The notes beneath the pieces are model-generated. The model was not told the origin of the DNA, did no database searches, and worked only from the letters and a program-made list of their open reading frames with translations. DNA of 64,000 nucleotides from Octopus vulgaris. Lineage: Eukaryota. A program made the translations under genes and the position numbers. Shown here piece by piece: positions 1 through 14,038 of this stretch. The stretch spans positions 125,984,001 to 126,048,000 of the forward strand of contig OX597818.1 of assembly GCA_951406725.2 (NCBI GenBank). Reading direction: 5' to 3'. How positions within the stretch are numbered: the first letter of the stretch is position 1; each line of letters opens with the position of its first letter.

Positions 1-9
1 ATATATATG

Positions 10-85
<76 letters not shown>

Positions 86-142
86 CACGCATATATAAAC
101 GTATACATACACACATACATATGTATACATGTGCACACACAC

Positions 143-193
<51 letters not shown>

Positions 194-887
194 CGTATAT
201 GTGTGCGTGTGTATGCGTCTGTGTGTGTGTGTACGTGCAAGTGTATATGCAACTAATTTATATATGAATGCAACTGCAAGCATATGCATACTTCTATATT
301 CTGACATTTACGCGTGCTCTATGTTAAGTGCAGGCGTGCTTGTGGCATATGTACGCCATCTCTTCTTTCTCTCTCTCATTCCCTCTCTGTCTCTTTCTCT
401 CTCTCTCTCACATACTCTCTCTGTCACTCCTCCCTCTCTTTCTCTCTTCCTTTTGCCTTAATCTCTATATCACAGCGCTACTTTGCCTCCTTATTTCTGC
501 ATCTCTGATCCCAAACCCTCCCCTCTGCTTCCATATTCTACCCAACTCCTTCATGCCATACATCGTTAATGAACAGCTTCCAACATTTCCTGTAGCCACT
601 TCTCTGTTAAAATTCTTCATGCCTTCATTTTTCTTCGGATTGCCTTTGTTATGAAGCACCCCCCCCACTATCGAATAAAACATTCGAAAACACGTGTATA
701 CACATATATACACAAGTCTATCAATACTCCTGCATTTATATCCTTCCACATGCATAAATATGCATAAATAAACACATGCACTGCTTATAATTACAAACGT
801 ATCTACATGTATATACGCATACATAAAAGCATACAAACACATTCACTACATAAATATATACACGCAGAGATAACTTACATGCATAAA

Positions 888-960
<73 letters not shown>

Positions 961-1037
961 TATACATACATATATAAAATATTAAATACACACACACATA
1001 TATATATATATATATACATACATACATATATAAAATA

Positions 1038-1080
<43 letters not shown>

Positions 1081-1832
1081 CATAGACACACACACACAGG
1101 CGCGCACGTACCCTGCCCAACACATGTTTGCAATAAAGGAATTCCACGCTAATAATATTAGATAAATCCATTAAACCTGCGAATCTAACACAAACAATAG
1201 CAGCAGCAGCGGCAGAAGAAGCAGCAGCAGCAACAATGTTGATAATAGCAACATCAACAACTACAACAACATTGAGAAGAATAGCAACACCGCTGACAAT
1301 AACATTAACCACAACAATAGCATTAACAACAACAGCAAAGATGAAGATGAAGGAGACGACCAAAGAAGGTAGGTAGACGACGATGAAAGTGAATAACTGT
1401 TAGCAGAAGCTACTACAACAACAATAACAACAATAGCAACGATGGTAGCAGTATCAAAAAAGCACATTTCGCGGCTTTCTTTTTGTTCTTTTTTTTTATA
1501 ACCCATTTCTCAAGAATAAAAGCTTCGGGAATGAAAATTGTGAAATAAACAAGAATTGCATCAACAGCAACATTGCCATTAACGACGTTCAATATCAACG
1601 ACGACCACGGCGACACTGACATTAACAACAAGAGGAATATCAATAATAATAAAACCACGAATATTCCAGCACCATGGTCAACAACAAGATAAGACAACGA
1701 AGGAGCATCCACCACGCGGTCGTTCAACTTTGAAGAAACAAGTGCCAAATCTGCCTTAAATTACAGCCAACCATCTTTGAAAAAGACGTATTGGATAAAG
1801 TAGTCTTTCACAACATCCTAGAATTATTCATA

Positions 1833-2212
1833 TCTATTGAATAAAAACCGTTCTGTCTGTGTGTGTGTCTTCTAGGATCTCGGGCATCCTCCATCCAATT
1901 GCGCTCAAATTTGATATGAAGATACCGACGGTATCAGGGCGTGTAAACTCTTGAAACAATTACAAAAATCGATTCCAGGTGAAAATGCGATCGATAAAGC
2001 CGTGGGAACGTGCACTTTAACGCGCAAGTACATCAGCTGTTGCAATCGATACAACGCTTACGCGAGAAAAATGTACGTGCAGTTTGCGCCAAAAAAGCCG
2101 GCTAGCTTGAAATAATGCCACAAAATGGGACGGTCAGAAAGTTGTTTTGAGAAAATTTTATTTAAATGCTTGACTACTCAGCACCGTCCATTGGACGGGG
2201 GCGTTTTGCTCG
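1833..2212 (+). mobile_element. Non-autonomous Helitron-like element
   Basis: Starts A|TCTATTGAATAAAA followed by short (GTCT)/(GT) repeats; ends with hairpin CCGTCCA-T-TGGACGG, then CTCG|T (degenerate CTRR). Confidence 0.55.
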
Positions 2213-2254
2213 TATATATATATGTATATATATATATATATATATATCTACGTG

Positions 2255-2395
2255 AATTATTTTTGAGTAAACACTATCTGGGAGAGTTTTCTAATAGTAG
2301 AAGAAATGGCCCCAAAAAAACTTTTTTGGCTGCTATTTCTAAAGGTTTCAGTACGTGGTAAAGTAAATTATTTTACTGAACCCTAATTATATAAC

Positions 2396-2433
<38 letters not shown>

Positions 2434-2575
2434 CAGCCTGCGTCGTTTGGTTTTTAAGTGCTTTGGTTTTACTGGGATCTCCTTTTAAGTAGAAAGAATA
2501 GCCAAAACTTTTTGACTGCTATTTCTAAATTCGGTGTGTAGTGAGGCAAATCGTTGCTAAACCCTTAATTACTTA
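2255..2575 (+). mobile_element. Two short PLE-type 3' tail fragments between (TA)n tracts
   Basis: TTTTTGGCTGCTATTTCTAA...TTCAGTACGTGGTAAAGTAAATTATTTTACTGAACCC resembles 59272-59335 of the 545-bp unit; the second fragment resembles 12128-12190. Confidence 0.55.
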
Positions 2576-2616
<41 letters not shown>

Positions 2617-3911
2617 TTTCTTAAACTCCACCGTTCTTAGATAGTACATCGTCGAAACGTCGACATTTTTTATATTTCAGAGAACTCCGGTTTGATCTCA
2701 GCCCGGTCATGTTGATGTGTGTCCTGCTTTGAGCGATTTGTGCATCATTGTTCACGCTGAAGGCTTTTTCTTCTGCTCATATCTTCCTTTTGTTACACCC
2801 CGCAACAGTCTACCACCTCTCTCTTATCCCCATTTACTCCCTATCGGCACAAAGTGATGTGGTGTAACTTCTCGTTGTGGTCTCCGATCTGTAGTCCTGG
2901 AACTAAGGTGGGTTTTGCGACCATCTTCGGACCTGCAAACAGTGTTACTACACATACTGTACTGCTGGAAGAACAACGTCAGGGACCTGCTATTGTTGCT
3001 AAGGATTCTACATCTAATTGCAGATCTCTTTCGCTCTTGTTCTTCATCTTTCTCTTCTATCTTCCCCTTTTTATCTAATTTTCCACCCCTTTATGTGTGT
3101 ATCTTCCTTATGTTTGTGCGTCGTTGAGTCTGTCTTTATCCCTCTCATCACCCTTTGGCAACTGATGTTGGTGTGTTTACATCCACGTAACTTAGCAGTT
3201 CGGCAAAAGACACCAAAAAATAAGTACCGGGCTATAAAAAATAAATTCTAAGGACGATTTGTTCTACAAAAATTCTTCAAGGTGGTGCTGCAGCATGGCC
3301 GCAGTCATATGGCCGAAACAAGTAAAAGAATAAAAGAATATCTTAAAATAATTTCTAAAGTATGCACAGGGCCAGCAATGGCGTGGGTCAGGGGAGTTAT
3401 TTCGTCGGGACCATCGATACCAGTACTTGAATGGCACTTTATATTATCGATCCCGAAAGGATATGAAATGCAAAGTTGACTGCGATGGAATTTGAAATTT
3501 TGTTCGACACACTATCAATTCTAACATCAAGGACATTGCCATGCAAAAACATACTATGATCTTCATTCACTAGAAAAAGTTAAAAATATCATGTGACGAA
3601 CAATAGAATCTCTTTTTTTATATATAAACGGCGTCAATGATTCTATAATATTTTTAGACCATCTCTTCAGTTAAATTTAAAACTATTAATATATATATAT
3701 TCCTCACCTACACCTTACATAACGAGTCAGTCACACGCACTCACCTTTTGTTTCTCTCTCCTTTCCTTATCTTTCTTTCTTTCTTTTTCCTTCTTTCTTC
3801 TTTCTTTCTTTTACTCTCCCTCCCCACTTTCTTTCTCTTTCTATTTACACATTCAATAGGGATGCGTTTGTGTGTGAATGCATGCATATATATATATATA
3901 TATATACTTTG

Positions 3912-4134
3912 TTTTAAGCAGCAGAAAATTCAACAAAATCTGTTACTCTGAGTTTCTCGTTGCCGTTCATCAGACAGTTTTTTCTAGCAAAAACTGTCTG
4001 ATGAACGGCAACGAGAAACTCAGAGTAACAGATTTTGTTGAATTTTCTGCTGCTTAAAATAAAGCATATTACTCTACCACTGGTATTTGAGTACTCTTTT
4101 TTTCCACCTTGTTTCACATTTATGTGTTTACTCC

Positions 4135-4137
<3 letters not shown>
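3912..4137. mobile_element. Palindromic non-autonomous PLE terminal-repeat insertion carrying HHRs
   Basis: Perfect ~71-bp inverted repeat (3912-3982 / 3989-4059) plus a ~78-nt one-sided tail, flanked by (TA)n. Confidence 0.75.
3994..4031 (+). ncRNA. Minimal type I hammerhead ribozyme (mirror copy at 3940-3977, minus strand)
   Basis: CTGT-CTGATGA-a-CG(GCAA)CG-a-GAAA-CTC(A)GAG-TA^ACAG: stem I CTGT/ACAG, canonical core, GUA site, quasi-palindromic stem III. Confidence 0.85.
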
Positions 4138-4169
<32 letters not shown>

Positions 4170-4410
4170 TATCAGTAATTTTTTTATTATAATATATATA
4201 TATTAATATATATACAATATATGTGTGTATGTCTACATATATATGTATGTCTGTATGTGTGTACGTTTATATATAAATATTTGCAAGTGTATGTGTGTGT
4301 ACATGTGTTTAGATAAACGTATATACATAATACATTATGTCTATTTATATACATCTATATATAAACATGAATATATTATATATAATACATAGATACACAC
4401 ACACACACAC

Positions 4411-4462
<52 letters not shown>

Positions 4463-4521
4463 TGCTATTAAGTTAGACATGGCCTGGGCCAATAATGGTC
4501 GAATCCTATCAAAGTATCAAA

Positions 4522-4561
<40 letters not shown>

Positions 4562-4678
4562 ACACACACTTATATAGGGAGAGAAAGTGAAACAAAACAG
4601 AGAGGCAGATAGTGAGGGAAGCAACTCAACAGATTCATACGTAATTGTAGATATCGGAACACAAGAGGTACTTAGGTC

Positions 4679-4720
<42 letters not shown>

Positions 4721-4730
4721 CAAACACACA

Positions 4731-4762
<32 letters not shown>

Positions 4763-5253
4763 AACAAACACATACACACGCATACATACATGCATACATA
4801 CATATATATATACATATGCATATGTAAATGTGTGTACATATATGTGTGTGTGTGCGCGTGTGTGTGTGTGTGTGTGTGAACACTCGAAAGCTGAAACAGC
4901 CTCTTTATTGTCCTTATCAAAATGTCAGCTATAGTGAAGTCGTTGCTATTTTCGTTTTTAACTCTTCTGAACTTTATTATTATTATTACTACTATTTTAA
5001 TTTTTTCTACGAAGTACAGACTGCTTACGGCCGAGTGAACGGAAGAAGCGGACAACCAAAGTAAAGGTTGACGGTTCGTACGTTGTTATCGTTATAAGCA
5101 TGTAATTTCTCATTTGTTCAGTCAACAGAAGTACCACATGTTGCGAAGGCTTTTTCCCAACCACTTCTAATCTTCGAAAACCCTGTAAAGCCGACAATTG
5201 TTACAGTTGTTACATCTGCTGTTGTTGTTGGTGGTGATGGTGCTAGTGTTTTT

Positions 5254-5300
<47 letters not shown>

Positions 5301-5779
5301 GGTGTTGCTGCTGCTGTTGTTGTTGTTGTGGCTGCCTTTTGTTGTTCTTAATACGGATCAAGCCAGACATGATTAAACTCAACTATAACGTGGCCACAGA
5401 GAGCCAAATCGAAACCAAATCTATCGCAAATGATACCATTCCTTTTGACACAGTGTGTACTTGTACTCGTTGCTTGACCTAACATATCGTCAAGTTTATG
5501 ATTAAATATGTTCCAAACGTAACTACAGCCTAAACTCTCGTAAATGATACCATTCTTACAGGCACAGGGTGTCGAATTGTAGTTCTAATACGTTGGGCGG
5601 TTTAACACCGCCCAACGTATTAGAACGTTGTGACTAGGCCAGGGCACACCGTTCCCTGCCTAGGCCAGGGGATTCATTCTTTTAATGGATTTCTATATTG
5701 CTGCAAGCATGTGGCCAGGTTAACGATGTGAGGCTAATTTTCTGCTTTCCTTGCAGTAGTCATGAAAACTCAGAAAATA

Positions 5780-7063
5780 TCAGGTCATTCTATAAGTTTT
5801 GTCTGATTTTACCTTTTTTAAAATTGAATGAAATTTAATAATATTTCAGAATATCTAATATAATGAAAAATTATTTTTATGCATTTGTGTACATTTAAAC
5901 TAATCAAATATTATTTTACAGAATAATAGAATTAAAATTTCTTTGATTAAAACCCTTTCTAACATGGGAGTATCTAAAGAGAATTTGAGGCACATAATAC
6001 TTTATGAGTACAAAAACAAGAAACTCTGCAACCGAAGCGACTCGAAACACACTCAGTTTATGGGAAAGAATGCTTGAATGAAAGAACTTGCAGAAGATGG
6101 TTTCCAAAATTCAGAAGTGGAGATTTCAGCATTTAAGATGAAGACGAACAGGACGTCCAGTTGAGTTTGATGATAAGCTCCTTGAGGCATTACATGAAGT
6201 AAATCCTGCATTATCAGTTGAAGAATTGGCAATAAAGCTTAGTTCAAACCATACAACTGTTCATCATCATCTTCAAAAAAACTTGGAAAGGTTCCTAAAC
6301 TTGGAAAATAGGTGCCTCATGAATTGTCCGAAAGCAACAGCAAATCCCGAGTTGACATCTGCTATTCTTTCCATTCTCACAAACTCATTTCACCCTTTTT
6401 GAATAGACTTGTGACTGGTGACGAAAGATGGATGTTCTATCAAAATGTTAAACATCGTAAACAGTGGCTTGGTGAAAGGGAAAAGCTCAACCACAACCGA
6501 GAAAGGAACTTCATAGGAAAAAGGTTCTTCTCTCCATCTAGTGGGATTGCAAAGGAGCAATTCACTTTGAATTGTTACCACCTAATGCAACAATCAATGC
6601 TCAAGTCTACTGTCAGCAATTAGAGGGTTTGAACCAAACTTTGAAGAAGAAAAAACGCTTTATTGAATCGAAAAGAGTGATCTTTCATCAGGACAATGCG
6701 CGACCCCGCACTGCGAAGATCAGATCACAGAAGATCGAAGAGCTTTGTTGGGAAAAAATGCTTCATCCACCTTATTCTCTCAACCTTGTTCCTTCAGTCT
6801 ACCATTTGTTTCGTAGTTTACAGAATCATTTGGGGGACATAACTTTCGCAAGCCAGGAGGAGGTCGAAACTGATATTTCAGAGTTCTTCGCCTTGAAACC
6901 AAAAGAGTTTTACATTGATAGGATTAAAAAGCTTGAAAATAAATAGAAGGAAGTCATAAATAATTAGGGCAAGTACATTGATGATTAAATGTCAATTAAA
7001 TATAACATTTGATCACTTGTTTTCTTTATTCAAAATTCAGACAGAACTTATGGGATGAAATGA
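5780..7063 (+). mobile_element. Full-length decayed mariner (Tc1/mariner) DNA transposon
   Basis: Imperfect TIRs CAGGTCATTCTATAAGTTTTGTCTGA and TCAGACAGAACTTATGGGATGAAATG; ~1.28 kb; transposase remnants inside. Confidence 0.9.
5964..6988 (+). pseudogene. Mariner transposase pseudogene with stops and frameshifts
   Basis: Motifs VPHEL, LVTGDERW, HQDNARP and HPPYSLNLVPSVYHLF are spread over different frames. Confidence 0.9.
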
Positions 7064-7479
7064 GAGATCGTGTATGCTGCTTTTATTTCACTAGAGAAGC
7101 GATTAAAAACAAAATAGAGACAAAATGTCCAATGTGTCTTTATTATATGGTAGGGTGTTGTTTCTGGAAGATCTTGTTGCTATTTCTAGCAGTTCTAAAT
7201 AACCATGCAGAAGCTCTTTCACTGAGTCGCTTTCTGATTGGCCTCGTTTGCTTTGCTGGCTCGATTATGTCGAGCTCAACCTCACTTGAGGCCTGGCAGT
7301 AGCAAAGGTTATCTTCTGTGTAGAGATTTGATAAGTCTATAGCTTTTATGCTTAAAAATAAAATACCAAGACGAAAACATATTTCTTTTTTCTATATTTA
7401 CTTCATGATTCATTCCGCTAACAAAAAATTAAATATATTCAAATTCATAAACTTATCTAGTTATATATATATGTGGTTC

Positions 7480-8830
7480 AAAATTGCATAAAAAAAAAAA
7501 AGAAAAACATAACACAGAGAGACAGAGATAGGTTAGGTAACAACAAACAGGTTTGACGCTCAGAAAAAGTGAAAGGGTCTTTGACGTTTCGAACCTACGC
7601 TCTTCTGCAGGAAGGAATGAGGAAAGCATAACAATGGAGAGAAGAAAAAGCAAGAAGAGATATTTAAAAAAGCAACAAAAAAAACAACAACCCTGTCTGG
7701 ATTGACGGTTTCACTTGTTGAATTGACAGGAAGGATATGGTTGGTGGCAAGGAAGCAAGGGAGGCAACAATAACCAGGCTAAAGTGTGTGCGTGTGTAAA
7801 TGCATGTGTATTGGCAAGCGTGTGTGTATGTGTGTACAGATAAGTTTGTGTGTGAATGCGAAGATTGTATAAGCATGTGTACGTGTAAGTATGAGAGTGT
7901 GCGTTTGTATGAGTGTGTGGAGCGATGTGTTTGTGTATTTATGTTATGCCTGTGTGTTGACGCACGTACATGTATATGTGTGCAAGAGCGTTTGTATGTG
8001 TGTGAGGCTATCTGACGTATGTGTGGGTATGTATGTGAGTTCATCTGGATTGACTGCAAGGTGGAATAGGGGTGACGGGAGGTAGGGTTGGGCGGTGTTC
8101 GGTGCTGATGTGTGGAGTGGGAAACAGTGGGAAGGAATGTGTGTGCGTGCGCGTGTGCGTGTGCACGCGCGCGCGTATGTGCATGCGCATATGAGTGTGT
8201 GTTGTACGTATATGCTGTAGAGGCATCATCGTGTGTGTGGATTGGATACTGAATATAAAGGAGTAGAGAAGACATGGAGGTAGAGCAGGAGGGGTAGTGG
8301 AAGGTGGGAGGTGTGTGCTATATGTAAATGTGCGCAGAGGAAGGTTTGGATGGGGAGTCGTGATGAACTGAGATTATAAGGAGCTGAGTAATGAAGCGAG
8401 AAAATATTTCCTGCTCTGAACGGAGGTGGAAGTCCGGGTTGGCCCCTAAGCAAGGCCGGTCCGAAACAGACAGATGTTCTAGCGAATGACCGGTCGAGCG
8501 GGAGTGGTGTGAGTGCAGGGTGTCATTGCTGAGTCTGATGACCCGTAGATGTTCGGCAAACCGATCATCTAATGCTGGCCAGTTTGTCCCATGTACAGGT
8601 AATGACAGAGCAAAGGATACAGTTGATTACATAGCTTGAGATGCAGGTGAATGATGTAGTAGGGGCAGTGATGGGTGCCGGTGAGGATATTGGTGTTGGA
8701 GAGTTAGGAGCAGGTGCGGCAGTGTGGGTGAGAGCAAGCGGATGCACGGTCAACATATCGGGCAGGGGTGAAGTTGGTTTGGATAATGGTGGGGACTATC
8801 CAAGTTGGGTGAAGTGGCAAGCCATGGCCG
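7480..8830 (-). mobile_element. Decayed 3' part of a Penelope-like element (GIY-YIG remnant plus terminal repeat)
   Basis: Minus-strand 8530-8650 reads FTCISSYVINCILC then, after a frameshift, YMGQTGQH...DRFAEHLR, resembling a GIY-YIG domain; an HHR-like motif lies downstream at 7579-7614. Confidence 0.65.
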
Positions 8831-8838
8831 TCAACATA

Positions 8839-8894
<56 letters not shown>

Positions 8895-8899
<5 letters not shown>

Positions 8900-9100
8900 A
8901 ATCCAAACAAGAAAGCACAAAAAACACAACAACGCGAGGACGTGGAACAAATATAGTATTATTGGACGCTCAGGAAAGAGGGAAAGAAGGAGGGTGTAAC
9001 GTTTCGAGCGGAGCTCTTCGTCGGAAACATAGGAGAAGGAAAGATCCAGAGAAGGGAAGACAGAGGAAAAAAATCGCCAACGGTACACACGAGGTCACAT
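8895..9100 (-). mobile_element. PLE terminal-repeat fragment with degenerate minimal HHR (8995-9028)
   Basis: Minus strand CCGACGA-A-GAGC(TCC)GCTC-GAAA-CG-TT; stem I imperfect. Confidence 0.5.
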
Positions 9101-10847
9101 TTGTATGTATGTATGTATGTATAAATATATACAATATAAATTAGGGATAAAACCACTATTATGCAACTCAAACAGTGATAGACATAAACCAAAACATAAA
9201 TAACAAATATATATATTTTTATAAAACGTATAACTAGATCTCAAAAAGTATAATACGAATGCATGTATATATGTATGTGTGTGCATGTCTTTGTGTTATT
9301 CAGACTGTTATCTACGGGTATTGGTTTAGATTTTTAGATTATGCCTCTCGTAAGCTAGCAGTGCGGTAAAAGTTATCAATAAAATAGGTACCTGACTTAC
9401 AAAAGAATAAGTACTGGGGTGATTTGTGGGACTAAACTGATGACAGTGGCACTGAAGCAATAGTTACAGTGCAATAACTAAAACTGAAGAACACACGCAC
9501 ACGTGTGTGTGTGTGTGTCCGTGTGTCCGTCCGACTATATATATCCTACGGACAGAGGAATTAAGATGTGAACAGATGTTCTTGTTTTGAGCGTTAATGG
9601 AATATTTTTTTATCAGTAAGCTCGCATTAACTGTACGTAACGCCCCTATGATTAAAATAGCTGCATTGCGAAATATTTGTAGAAAATAAAATGAAAATAA
9701 CACCAATGATTCATTATATATTACTTTTTCTACTATTACGAAATGTTCTACCTGAAGTATAATCCTCTTCCGTACTGAATCATACAATAGTGAAATTATA
9801 AAGCTGCACGTGTTTCTACAAAGTTTATGGATGTAGGTTCGATAGTAAACTGTAATATGTATGGAAATGTATTGTATAAGATGTTTCAAGTTTCAACAAT
9901 GATAACATAAAATAGCTTACATAAATGTACTTATAGAAAATGCATAAATATTTGATTATATGATTACAAGGCATTCTGTAATTGATGTAATGTAGAAAAT
10001 ACTTTGATGCATATTGGTTTGAATAAGATTTCGTTGATTGTCAAAAGTGGTGTCAGTGGATAATGCCTTGAGTAAACGGAAACAACGTTAACATACGTTT
10101 TGTAATAAAGGTTACGGCGAATTGATTTCTCAATCAGCTTAACGTGTCGTGTTTGTTTTTTAAATTCTGGTAGAGAGATGAAAAAAATATAGAGAGAAAA
10201 AGACTGTTTTCACTTCGACCTGATAACGTTATATCGGGCCAACGCTACATCGCGTCTGCCAAAGATGTGATCCATCTATGAACATTTACATGTATGTTTG
10301 TATGTATTGAGTGAATGATTGTGCAACATGTGTATGTGCGTATGTTTTCCTTTTTAGATAATAATCGATAGCTACAATCGTTAAAAGAGTATATATTAAA
10401 TATTCCCACAAGGTCATCAATATTATTCCATAGTTACGGTTGTTGAAAGCGCAAAACTTAAACTTGATTCATTACGGTAAAGTTTTCCATTACATCTTCG
10501 ATATTCTTTAGTTGTGGTTTTTGGAAGAATAAGACTGAAAGTATTGCATTATTTTAAATATTTCGAATACGTTATCAATTTTATTTCACAGTTATGCTTG
10601 TTTAAAAAGTAACACCCGAACACATACAGTGATAAGTAGAATACGTATGATTTCTTACAAGCAAATGACCGCATACATTCTTGGAGTGGAGACATAGTCG
10701 ATCATATGGACCCAAGTACTAAGTAATATATACTTTGATGAGACCAAGAAGGAGGAAAGGCCAATATAACTTCGTTGTCATGTTGAGGTGTCATTAAACA
10801 TCTCAATGCGTATTTTTCTAATCTTCTACTGATCGAACCGATGTCAA

Positions 10848-11150
10848 GACGCGTGGTTAGGATATTCGACTCACGATGGTAGGGTCGTGAGTTCGATTCC
10901 CGACGATGCGTTGTGTCCACAAGCAAAACACTTTAGTTCTCGCTGCTCCACTTCACTCAACTGGCAAAAATAAGTTGTGCCTGTAAATTCAAAGGGTTAG
11001 TCTTATAGCACTCTGTTTCACTCTGAATTTCTCTGTGAACTACGTTAAGAGAGTCTGTGTCCGTGGAGTTCTCAGCCACTTGCACGTTAATTCCACGAGC
11101 AAGCTGTTCCGTTGATTGGCTGGAACACTCGTTGTTGTAACCGACGAAGT
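10848..11150 (+). mobile_element. tRNA-derived SINE
   Basis: A-box-like GCGTGGTTAGG and B-box GAGTTCGATTCCC; the 3' part recurs at ~42430-42510. Confidence 0.65.
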
Positions 11151-11487
11151 TTCAGACCAAAGATGGTTCCAACTAATATAGGAGCACACAGGAAAATAAC
11201 CATCCATAATTTAGGAAAAACAACGAGCGTATATATCTTAATATATTTTTGATAAAGACAAGATATATCGTATGTACGTGGATACAGACACACACATATA
11301 CACACATACACGCACAGACGAACGCGCGTGCGAGCACACACACACACACATGTAGACAGAACCGTTATGATTTGCAGGTCTTGATGTAGATTACGTTGTT
11401 TATTTGAAGAGAATGTATCATTTAAACGATAGAGGGGCCCATGAATAACATATATATATATATATATATATATTATGCGGGTGTGTA

Positions 11488-11537
<50 letters not shown>

Positions 11538-11589
11538 TAAATAAAACATATGCATATCCTACCTCTACATGTACATATACACGCATATA

Positions 11590-11765
11590 TGAGTACAGGA
11601 CACCAAAAAGACGTCGAACACAATGAGAAACGAAAACATAGACACAAACCCAAGGAACTGGACATTTTTTTAAAACAACAAAAAAATAGAGTACAGGACA
11701 ATTAACACAAAGAAAAAACCCCTTCTTCAGTCGCTATGGTTTCATCTACTCTACGTTTCGAAGGT
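11590..11765 (-). mobile_element. PLE-type terminal-repeat fragment (family also at 31425-31633 and 32090-32253)
   Basis: Shared GAGTACAGGACACC...GAACACAA.GAGAAACGAAAACATA end next to (TA)n and a CTGA(A/T)GAAG.GG core. Confidence 0.55.
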
Positions 11766-11837
11766 GATCATTACAGATACAGCGTAAAGAATTATTGATT
11801 TAATAAATTGATAAATAGTAGTTTTCGGTATGGAAAA

Positions 11838-12250
11838 GAATCATATTCGGTAAAAACTTATACAAAAAGTTTTTTTTTTATATATAATTATAACAATAAT
11901 TAAGCGTTTAGCAACAAGTTGCTTCACCACATACCGAAAATTTTGAAATAGCAGCCAAAAGAATATTATGTTGACAAAGGAAATGAATTTTTATAATTCT
12001 AATCCATAAACGCCTCCATAATTAATCGAAGACTGTTTAATTTCATTCTGTTTCTTCTTTTTACCTATGTGAGTTACAACTATTGTTATCTGTGGAGACA
12101 TATTTTGTAGAAAAAAGAAATAGCGGTCTTTTGGCTGCTATTTGTAAATTTTCGGTATGTGGTGAAGCAACTTGTTGCTAAACGCTTAATTATTGTTATA
12201 ATTATATATATAAAAAACTTTAAATTTTTTTATCGAATATGATTCTTTGT
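11838..12250. repeat. Imperfect inverted repeat, ~125-bp arms
   Basis: 11838-11963 is the reverse complement of ~12128-12250 and includes AAATAGCAGCCAAAA. Confidence 0.8.
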
Positions 12251-12439
12251 TGCTAAACCCTCATATATATATATATATATATAAAATAAATATAAGAGAG
12301 TGGTCACTATATTAATCACTCTAGCACCAGTTAATCCAAAAGGTTTCAACCACGAAGATACATGTTTCCCATGAAAGCCAGTACGACTGTTAGCTCACAC
12401 GGACAGGGCAAATAAAAAATAACAAAAATACAGATTATT

Positions 12440-12515
12440 TTGGGACAATTGTTTCGCTATTAATGAATTAAATGTAACATTACTTACAATAATCCATTTG
12501 TAGCTCTTCAGCCAA
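12440..12515 (-). ncRNA. Type I hammerhead ribozyme, 533-bp unit
   Basis: Reverse complement of the motif at 14733-14808. Confidence 0.88.
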
Positions 12516-12972
12516 GACTATCTGGATGAAATCCACTCAATCACACGCCAGATTTTACCATAACGATAAATACGCGTGCGGTTCAATTGATTACATCGGA
12601 CGTTATAATTCAAATGCCCCAACCAACAGCGCGCCAAACTCACACGGAAAACAAATACAGCATTTAGAAATAAATGCAGCATAATTATAATTAATTAATA
12701 AGGGTGAGAGAATTAGATACTAATTTAATAGTATATTTATTCCACACCAAGTGGCCTAGTGCTACGAGAAACCTGGATTATTATAATATTTTATAACATA
12801 TTATAATATTTTCACAAAATAAATATAAGAGAGTGGTCACTATATTAATCACTCTAGCACCAGTTAATCCAAAAGGTTTCAACCACGAAGATACATGTTT
12901 CCCATGAAAGCCAGTACGACTGTTAGCTCACACGGACAGGGCAAATAAAAAATAACAAAAATACAGATTATT

Positions 12973-13048
12973 TTGGGACAATTGTTTCGCTATTAATGAA
13001 TTAAATGTAACATTACTTACAATAATCCATTTGTAGCTCTTCAGCCAA
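12973..13048 (-). ncRNA. Type I hammerhead ribozyme, 533-bp unit
   Basis: Same motif, +533. Confidence 0.88.
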
Positions 13049-13505
13049 GACTATCTGGATGAAATCCACTCAATCACACGCCAGATTTTACCATAACGAT
13101 AAATACGCGTGCGGTTCAATTGATTACATCGGACGTTATAATTCAAATGCCCCAACCAACAGCGCGCCAAACTCACACGGAAAACAAATACAGCATTTAG
13201 AAATAAATGCAGCATAATTATAATTAATTAATAAGGGTGAGAGAATTAGATACTAATTTAATAGTATATTTATTCCACACCAAGTGGCCTAGTGCTACGA
13301 GAAACCTGGATTATTATAATATTTTATAACATATTATAATATTTTCACAAAATAAATATAAGAGAGTGGTCACTATATTAATCACTCTAGCACCAGTTAA
13401 TCCAAAAGGTTTCAACCACGAAGATACATGTTTCCCATGAAAGCCAGTACGACTGTTAGCTCACACGGACAGGGCAAATAAAAAATAACAAAAATACAGA
13501 TTATT

Positions 13506-13581
13506 TTGGGACAATTGTTTCGCTATTAATGAATTAAATGTAACATTACTTACAATAATCCATTTGTAGCTCTTCAGCCAA
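13506..13581 (-). ncRNA. Type I hammerhead ribozyme, 533-bp unit
   Basis: Same motif, +533. Confidence 0.88.
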
Positions 13582-14038
13582 GACTATCTGGATGAAATCC
13601 ACTCAATCACACGCCAGATTTTACCATAACGATAAATACGCGTGCGGTTCAATTGATTACATCGGACGTTATAATTCAAATGCCCCAACCAACAGCGCGC
13701 CAAACTCACACGGAAAACAAATACAGCATTTAGAAATAAATGTAGCATAATTATAATTAATTAATAAGGGTGAGAGAATTAGATACTAATTTAATAGTAT
13801 ATTTATTCCACACCAAGTGGCCTAGTGCTACGAGAAACCTGGATTATTATAATATTTTATAACATATTATAATATTTTCACAAAATAAATATAAGAGAGT
13901 GGTCACTATATTAATCACTCTAGCACCAGTTAATCCAAAAGGTTTCAACCACGAAGATACATGTTTCCCATGAAAGCCAGTACGACTGTTAGCTCACACG
14001 GACAGGGCAAATAAAAAATAACAAAAATACAGATTATT

